From an uncultured delta proteobacterium (GTDB lineage Bacteria > Desulfobacterota > Binatia > UBA9968): a stretch of 64,000 nucleotides of DNA. The notes below the pieces were generated by a model that saw only the letters and a program-made list of their open reading frames with translations, had not been told where the DNA came from and did no database searches. Position 1 is the stretch's first letter; each line of letters opens with the position of its first letter. Where the stretch lies: assembly GCA_963847445.1 (NCBI GenBank), contig CAWJZV010000034.1:1-64000 (forward strand), read 5' to 3'. Shown piece after piece: positions 57,995-64,000 of this stretch. The position numbers and the translations under genes are program-made.

Positions 57995-58116
57995 TTTGCG
58001 ATCATCCCTTGCCCCTCTGTCTGGAGACTCCGGTTTCAAAGAAATTCTAAAGTCTCTCCTCTCACGGGCTCGAGTCAAAATCTACCTGAATTTAGATTTA
58101 CAATCAGGAGGCAACC

Positions 58117-59112
58117 ATGTTTCAAAATCAGAAGTGGACGTACGGTTTTCTCATGATCGTCAGCGCAATCTTCATGGGCCTAGGGTTTTCTTCGCCGACC
58201 CTAGCGCAAACCTGCGGCGGCAACATCCCATGTGAATGCGGGAATAACGTGGTGGCCAACCGGACATTGGTTTCCGGTCAAGATCCTATCGTAAGAGCCG
58301 TGTGCCCGGGCGATGGGCTAATTATGAACACCCCAGGGGTCGTCTTAAATCTTAACGGCAACAAAATCTTTGGTTCAGGTAGCGGTGTGGGTATTCTCAT
58401 TGGCGACGGGGTTAATAACGTCACCATCGAGAACACGGGCGGAGGGGGGGCGGGGCCTGATAACTTTGGCGTCGGCATCGCCACCGCTGGCCAGACCAGT
58501 GGCTCAAGAATTAGCGCGGTCAGGCCCCATGCGAACGGATTAGGGACAATACCACGAGGCGATGGGATATTCCTGAATGGCGATGGGAACGTGTTGATTG
58601 GCATCCTGGCAAAAAACAACGGCAACAATGGAGTCACGGTGATCGGCAATAGCAACAGGCTCGAAGGGCACAATGATGAATACAATGGGGTCCATGGGAT
58701 ATTTGTCGATGGTAATGGCAACGAGCTGATTGCCAACCTGGCAAGCGAGAATCGGAAGAAGTCCCCCGGCGCGGGGATCATGGTGACCGGCGACGGCAAT
58801 ACGATCGAACGAAGCAGGATCACCAAGATGAACACCTGGGGGATTGTCGTCCAGGGCGATAGCAACACCTTGACTCAGAACTCGGTCACAAAGCAGGACA
58901 TCGATGGGATAATAGTGCATGGGGATGGCAACGTGCTGACGGACAACAAGTCGCAGAGTTCCAAGGGCGTTGGCATTAGCGTTGAGGAGGATGACGGCGT
59001 CCCCAGCTCCGACCCCGCCGCCAGTACGGGAAATATTGTCAGCGGTAACCGGCAGAATCCTCAGTGCAGCATTTACGGAGTGACATTGCCAAAAACTTGT
59101 ATCGTAAAATAA
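58117..59112 (+). CDS. Secreted right-handed parallel beta-helix protein
   Basis: Signal peptide, CGG..PCECG, LNLNG..I.G and repeated GI.V.G..N.L..N units. Confidence 0.85.
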   Translation: MFQNQKWTYGFLMIVSAIFMGLGFSSPTLAQTCGGNIPCECGNNVVANRTLVSGQDPIVRAVCPGDGLIMNTPGVVLNLNGNKIFGSGSGVGILIGDGVNNVTIENTGGGGAGPDNFGVGIATAGQTSGSRISAVRPHANGLGTIPRGDGIFLNGDGNVLIGILAKNNGNNGVTVIGNSNRLEGHNDEYNGVHGIFVDGNGNELIANLASENRKKSPGAGIMVTGDGNTIERSRITKMNTWGIVVQGDSNTLTQNSVTKQDIDGIIVHGDGNVLTDNKSQSSKGVGISVEEDDGVPSSDPAASTGNIVSGNRQNPQCSIYGVTLPKTCIVK

Positions 59113-59175
59113 CCTTCAAAGGGCCTGCAAGGAGAGTCACATCGGGATCACACAACATGAACAGAGGAAAATGTA

Positions 59176-60390
59176 ATGCGCGCGGCTAAGCTGACCGTTG
59201 CGGCCTACAGCCATTTCGGCGCGAGAGGCTTGAAAGGGGTCGAGACGTATTACCTGGCGCAAGAGGCCTGGAGGAGAGGATATCTAGAAAAGGTGATTGC
59301 CGTATCGAAAAAGCGTTGCCGTTTTGAGTTCGACCTCGACCTTGTCGACACCCTTCCGGGAGAGTCACGCCTAATTTCCGGACTGGTCCAGATCAAGGAA
59401 AAGGCCTGGCAGGCGTTCCCATCGAGGTGGTTCGGCGAGATGATCTTCGACCGTTATGCGGCTTCACGGTTGAAGCGCTCAGGTGGCATCCTGATCCTGA
59501 CCCCAGGAATGATCCACACAGCGCGGAAAGCTAAAGCCCTCGGGTATACGATCTTACTGTACGGTGCCACTCCTGACCCTAGATATCTTATGGAGCAAAT
59601 CCAGACCGAACGGGCGGCCCTCGGCTTTAAAGGCGGGGAAGATGATAAAGATCGCTCCCGGATGGTGGCACGATGGACGGCCAGCCTGGCATTAACAGAC
59701 CACCTCCTCGCCGTCTCGGAGTTTTCCAAGGACACGTACGTCAAGTACGGTTTTCCGCAGGAAAAGGTATCCGTAGCTCCACTTGGGGTCGCTCTGCAAC
59801 GTTTCCCGCTAACAGCCCCTCCCACGGATAGCTGTTTCACCTACCTCTTCGTTGGTCACGTGAATGGAACCACTGGAATCGTCAAAGGGCTGCAATATCT
59901 CTTGCCGGCATGGTCTGAGCTTAGATTGAAAGACGCTAGGTTGCTGGTCTGCGGGAAAATAGGCGCCGAGGGACGGGAAGTGATTCGGAGATATGACGGA
60001 AGGCTGCACAACGTCGAGTTCACTGGGCAAGTTAGTGACCCGGCGGAGTATTATCGCAAAGCGGCGGTGTTTGTCTTGCCATCGGTTGCCGAAGGGATGG
60101 CCAAGGTAACAATCGAGGCTATGGCCACCGGACGCCCTGTCATTGTCACTCCGAACTGCGGCGCCGTGGCGCGCGATGGCGTTGATGGTTTCTATGTCCC
60201 AGCGCGAGATGTGGAGGCCTTGAAGGATAGAATGCTCTATTTTTACAACCATCGCGAAGAGATCGCGAGGATGGGCGCCGCCGCCAGTGAATGGGCTCAG
60301 AGGTTTACCTGGGAGAGATTTAGTCGGCAGATCGCTGATGTCATCGTCGGACCTCCAGTCTGCAATAAGGCAGAGGTCGAGAAACGATGA
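59176..60390 (+). CDS. GT4-family glycosyltransferase
   Basis: KGLQYL and VFVLPS.AEG......EAMA.G.PVIVT. Confidence 0.9.
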   Translation: MRAAKLTVAAYSHFGARGLKGVETYYLAQEAWRRGYLEKVIAVSKKRCRFEFDLDLVDTLPGESRLISGLVQIKEKAWQAFPSRWFGEMIFDRYAASRLKRSGGILILTPGMIHTARKAKALGYTILLYGATPDPRYLMEQIQTERAALGFKGGEDDKDRSRMVARWTASLALTDHLLAVSEFSKDTYVKYGFPQEKVSVAPLGVALQRFPLTAPPTDSCFTYLFVGHVNGTTGIVKGLQYLLPAWSELRLKDARLLVCGKIGAEGREVIRRYDGRLHNVEFTGQVSDPAEYYRKAAVFVLPSVAEGMAKVTIEAMATGRPVIVTPNCGAVARDGVDGFYVPARDVEALKDRMLYFYNHREEIARMGAAASEWAQRFTWERFSRQIADVIVGPPVCNKAEVEKR

Positions 60391-61952
60391 AATCGGTCCG
60401 AGGCAAGATCGCTAAGGCAGCCGGCCTGCTTCTAGTGTTGCAAGTCTTTGAGCAGGCCACCGGACTGCTCAAACAGATGGTGATCGCCGCCCAGTTCGGA
60501 ACTTCGGAAACGATGGACGGCTATCTGATAGCGACGACCATTGTCGGGCTCATTCTTCTCTGGGTCGGCCTGCCGATCCGCCAGACTCTGATCCCCATGT
60601 TCCGCCACGATCTCGCGAAGCGGGGCGAACGAGCGGCTTGGGCCAACGCCAGCGTTCTCTTCAATAACCTACTGCTGGCTCTTATCGGTATCGTTCTCTT
60701 GGGATCGTTATTAGCCCCTTACCTGGTGAGCATCCTGGCTCCCGGTTTCGACGAGTCCGCGTTATCCTTGGCCACTTCATTGGCCCGGATCACCATGGCC
60801 AGTGTGGTCTTTGTCGGCATGGGAAACGTGTTGTCCCAGATATTTTTTTCTTACGAAAGGTTCTTACAGCCCGGCATCGCGGGCAGCGTGAATAACGTCG
60901 TGACGATGTTGGCACTGCTCGCTTTAGGTGGCACGTACGGCATCTATGGTCTGGCCGTCGCCGTCGTGATAGGCGGAGGTTTTCACTTCGTGCTGCAGTT
61001 GCCGATTCTGTGGGAGAAGCGGAAATTTTATTCTGCCACGGTGGACTTTCGCCACCCGCACATGGTCGAGACCGGCAAGCTCAGCTTGCCGCTGCTGATT
61101 TCCACTGGCGGCAATGAGCTGGCGAGAGTTACCGATCGGATCTTTGCCTCGCTTTTGGCTGCCGGAAGCCTCTCGGCCCTTGCGTTTGCCCATAGGCCAA
61201 TCACGGTGCTGATCGAATTTCTTATCCATCCGCTTAATACGGCGACTTTGCCTCACTTCGCCAAGCTCAGTGCCGAAGGAGATTTTCGCACGCTGTCCCG
61301 CCAGCTCTTCTACTATGTTCGCCTTATTGCTTTCTTTACGCTTCCCATCGCCGTCGGCCTCATGCTGCTGGCAGAGGACGCCGTGAGAGCGCTCTATGGA
61401 CGGGGGGCCTTTGATGAAGCCTCGGTCCGCTTAACCGGTCAAGCGCTGTTCTTCTATGCGATCGGAGTGCCGGCCCAGGCGATAATGAGGATCTTCAGAA
61501 ACGCTTTTTTTAACCTGAAAGATACCTGGACGCCGACGAAAATAGCCCTTGGTCGTATCGCGCTCAAAATCATCCTCTCTTGGATTCTGGTCCAACCGTT
61601 GGCCCATCGGGGTATCGCCCTGGCCGAGTCTCTCTCGCTGATTGCCAACGCCTTTTTTCTCTTCTGCTTTCTGCCAAGGGAACTGAAGGGCCAAGAGGGC
61701 TGGAAGACTCTGGCGGCGTTCGCGCAGACTCTGGCAGGCTGCGTCGTCATGGGATCCGTGGTGTACTTCGTGCAGGAGAAACTTAACGGAATGATCAGTC
61801 TACCGCTGGAGCTCGTTTCCTTGGTCCTGCTGGGTGCAGCGACTTATGGCGCTACCGCGCTTCTCTTTCAGGCGGAGGTGAGCCACTCGATCCTAAAGAC
61901 GGTGACGGAGTTGGGCGGGAAATATCTCAGAGGAGCTGCCAAAACAACATGA
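60387..61952 (+). CDS. MurJ/MviN-family (MOP) flippase
   Basis: IAAQFG....D.Y, APGF, DRIFAS.L..G..SAL, L..RGAFD, F....DT.TP and H.GIALA. Confidence 0.88.
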   Translation: MKSVRGKIAKAAGLLLVLQVFEQATGLLKQMVIAAQFGTSETMDGYLIATTIVGLILLWVGLPIRQTLIPMFRHDLAKRGERAAWANASVLFNNLLLALIGIVLLGSLLAPYLVSILAPGFDESALSLATSLARITMASVVFVGMGNVLSQIFFSYERFLQPGIAGSVNNVVTMLALLALGGTYGIYGLAVAVVIGGGFHFVLQLPILWEKRKFYSATVDFRHPHMVETGKLSLPLLISTGGNELARVTDRIFASLLAAGSLSALAFAHRPITVLIEFLIHPLNTATLPHFAKLSAEGDFRTLSRQLFYYVRLIAFFTLPIAVGLMLLAEDAVRALYGRGAFDEASVRLTGQALFFYAIGVPAQAIMRIFRNAFFNLKDTWTPTKIALGRIALKIILSWILVQPLAHRGIALAESLSLIANAFFLFCFLPRELKGQEGWKTLAAFAQTLAGCVVMGSVVYFVQEKLNGMISLPLELVSLVLLGAATYGATALLFQAEVSHSILKTVTELGGKYLRGAAKTT

Positions 61953-62782
61953 TGCATACAACACTTCCGATCCCGACGCTGGTGCCTCAGCTCGTTACCC
62001 TCGCTCACCAAGCGGGCGAAGCAGTAATGAAGTTTTATTGTCAAGAAGAGTTGGGGACAACCTATAAAGAATTCGACTCGCCGCTGACCTGCGCGGACAT
62101 TGCATCTCATGATTTAATTGTTGAACAATTGCAAGCGCTGACTCCAAGCGTGCCGGTATTGTCAGAAGAGTCCAAGGAGGTTCCCTATCATGTGCGACAG
62201 GCATGGCGGACATTCTGGCTAGTAGACCCACTGGATGGGACCAAAGAATTCATCAAACGCAATGGCGAATTTACCGTCAACATCGCGCTCATCGAGGACG
62301 GGCGGCCGGTTTTTGGTATCGTGCATGCTCCGGCCTTGAGTGTGACCTATCTCGGCGCTCGCGGAATGGGCGCGTTCAAGCAAACCGCTCAGCGTCGAAT
62401 GCAACGGATTCAGGTCGCGCAATGCGAGCTGACGCGGCTTAAGGTGGTGGTCAGCCGTTCCCATGCGGGCGATGAGGTCGAAAGGTTTCTCGATAAAATC
62501 GCTCCTCTCGAGTGCCTCAGTATCGGTAGCTCGCTAAAAATCTGTCTGGTCGCGGAGGGCGAAGCGCATCTGTACCCGCGCCTCGGACCTACCATGGAGT
62601 GGGACACCGCAGCCGCCCAGTGCGTGGTTGAAATGGCGGGTGGGGCGATCACCGATCTGACGGGGCAAACTTTGAGATACAACAAGCCCGATTTGCACAA
62701 TCCCCACTTTATCGTTAGCGGCACTCCCGACTTTCCCTGGCAGCGGTATTTTGAGAACGGGGAGTGTGGAGCCGGACGGTGA
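61949..62782 (+). CDS. cysQ: 3'(2'),5'-bisphosphate nucleotidase CysQ
   Basis: SP.T.AD, LSEE, WLVDPLDGTKEFI..NGEFTVNIALI, SRSH, GSSLK.C.VAEG.A..YPR and EWDTAA. Confidence 0.95.
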   Translation: MMHTTLPIPTLVPQLVTLAHQAGEAVMKFYCQEELGTTYKEFDSPLTCADIASHDLIVEQLQALTPSVPVLSEESKEVPYHVRQAWRTFWLVDPLDGTKEFIKRNGEFTVNIALIEDGRPVFGIVHAPALSVTYLGARGMGAFKQTAQRRMQRIQVAQCELTRLKVVVSRSHAGDEVERFLDKIAPLECLSIGSSLKICLVAEGEAHLYPRLGPTMEWDTAAAQCVVEMAGGAITDLTGQTLRYNKPDLHNPHFIVSGTPDFPWQRYFENGECGAGR

Positions 62783-62813
62783 TAAACATGTGTTGTGATC
62801 GCGCTGTTCATGG

Positions 62814-63687
62814 ATGCGAGACGTGAAATCCTATATCAACCCTAAACTGCTTCCTACCTTGCAGAAGCGCTCCATAGAGGCTTACCGAATGGCGACCGCG
62901 CCGCTCCGGCTCATGCCTGATTTTCTCATTATTGGGGGCAACCGATGCGGCACGGCCGCGCTCTATGAATACCTGTGCGGCCATCCCTGCTTCGCGCCGT
63001 CGCTCCATCGAGAAGTGCATTTCTTCGAGCGGCACTTTGAAAAAGGCGTGAACTGGTATCAAAAGCATTTTCCTTCGGCGATTTACAAATACTACATCAC
63101 AAAATCAGGTAGGAAAAGTTTTGTCACCGGCGAGGCCACGACGTATTACATCTTCCATCCCCATGCCCCCCGGCGGATTCTGGCAACGGTTCCGAAGATC
63201 AAGCTCATCGCGCTCTTACGCAACCCCGTCGACCGCGCCTACGCGCAGTATCATCAAAAGATCAGGAGGGGTTACGAGCCGCTCTCGTTTGAAGATGCTA
63301 TTGACGCGGAGCCGGAGCGGCTCAGAGGCGAGAAGGAAAAAATGCTCGCCAATGAAACCTATAACAGCTTCAACTACCGTCACTATTCCTATCTCACCAG
63401 GGGCGTCTATGTGGATCAACTCACGCACTGGATGAATCTGTTTCCCAAAGAACGGCTGCTGGTCCTGTGCAGCGAAGACTTACGCAGGGATCCGAGCAGG
63501 GTTTTGCAAGAGGTTCTACAGTTCCTCGAGCCTGCCGGCGTGGCAACCGCAGGCGCAGAACAATTATGGTCAAGCCGAGTATCCGAAGATGGGCGCTGCC
63601 GTGAGGGCACGTCTCATCGAATACTTCCAACCGCACAACCGGCGTTTGCATGAGTTCTTAGGTCGGGATTTCGGCTGGAACCGGTGA
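62814..63687 (+). CDS. Sulfotransferase (indels near the 3' end)
   Basis: PDFLIIG..RCGT (5'-PSB loop), EVHFF, GEAT..Y, LRNPVDRAY and Y..RG.Y; the shifted tail ends GRDFGWNR*. Confidence 0.9.
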
Positions 63688-63745
63688 TCCATGGAGCGCG
63701 CGGTGGCTCGCCGCCGCGCTCCTTGATTCTTCAGGAGTTACAAAA

Positions 63746-64000
63746 ATGAGGCGACCGGATTTTTTCATCGTCGGCGCACCCAAGTGCGGCACGACCGCAA
63801 TGATCGATTACCTGAAACAACACCCGGAGGTCTTTGTCCCGGACCGCAAAGAGCTTGACTTCTTTGGCAGGGACCTTGTGTTTAAAGGCCATCGACTCAC
63901 CGAAGAAGAGTATCTGGGTTTTTTTTCCCGGGCGACGGCGGAAAAGCGCGCCGGCGAAGGCTCGGTATGGTATCTGCACTCAAAAACCGCGGCGTTAGAG
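63746..64000 (+). CDS. Sulfotransferase (partial; runs off the window)
   Basis: AGGAG RBS; MRRPDFFIVGAPKCGTTAMIDYLKQHPEVF....KELDFF...GEGS.WYL. Confidence 0.9.
   Translation, partial: MRRPDFFIVGAPKCGTTAMIDYLKQHPEVFVPDRKELDFFGRDLVFKGHRLTEEEYLGFFSRATAEKRAGEGSVWYLHSKTAALE

Noticed and set aside
58117-59112. PEP-CTERM-sorted protein
   Set aside because: The C-terminus (PKTCIVK) has no PEP motif, TM helix or basic tail, and no exosortase is in the window.
60387-61952. Housekeeping murJ for peptidoglycan
   Set aside because: It is embedded and translationally coupled within the EPS operon, so it is more likely the repeat-unit flippase; no gene symbol assigned.

Overview
This is a GC-rich bacterial chromosome window. 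The large number of orphan NMT1/TauA-type solute-binding proteins and phthalate-type Rieske oxygenases suggests a Candidatus Binatia-like lineage (inference only). Many single-base indels split otherwise intact genes, mostly in the first 40 kb; these are most simply long-read consensus errors. There are three blocks. (1) At about 2.4-8.4 kb is an accessory metal/stress block: an EVE protein, a methyltransferase with a 31-His N-terminal tail, and a small AhpD/CMD-family selenoprotein that the ORF track misses (in-frame TGA in a C-D-P-U motif, with a SECIS-like hairpin 11 nt downstream). A low-GC HNH-like insert follows, bounded by a diverged copy of the selenoprotein 3' end, then a CDF metal transporter and toxin-antitoxin genes. 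(2) At about 8.4-40.4 kb is a catabolic region: solute-binding proteins, exported amidohydrolases, tRNA-Val(CAC) with a decayed integrase beside it, four Rieske oxygenase alpha subunits, UbiD, a DHDPS-family lyase, two ComD/ComE-like TPP decarboxylase pairs around a Mo-hydroxylase large subunit, and LigB-like and RraA/HMG-aldolase genes. The intergenic spaces carry several REP/MITE-like and short tandem repeat families. (3) At 41.7-64 kb, after an IS1634 remnant, is a lower-GC Wzy-type exopolysaccharide locus with a sigma-54 promoter, a candidate enhancer inverted repeat and a NusG/RfaH paralog. It encodes two sulfotransferases, CysQ, two non-canonical sulfatase-like enzymes and a BY-kinase lacking its Walker A lysine, and it probably makes a sulfated polysaccharide.
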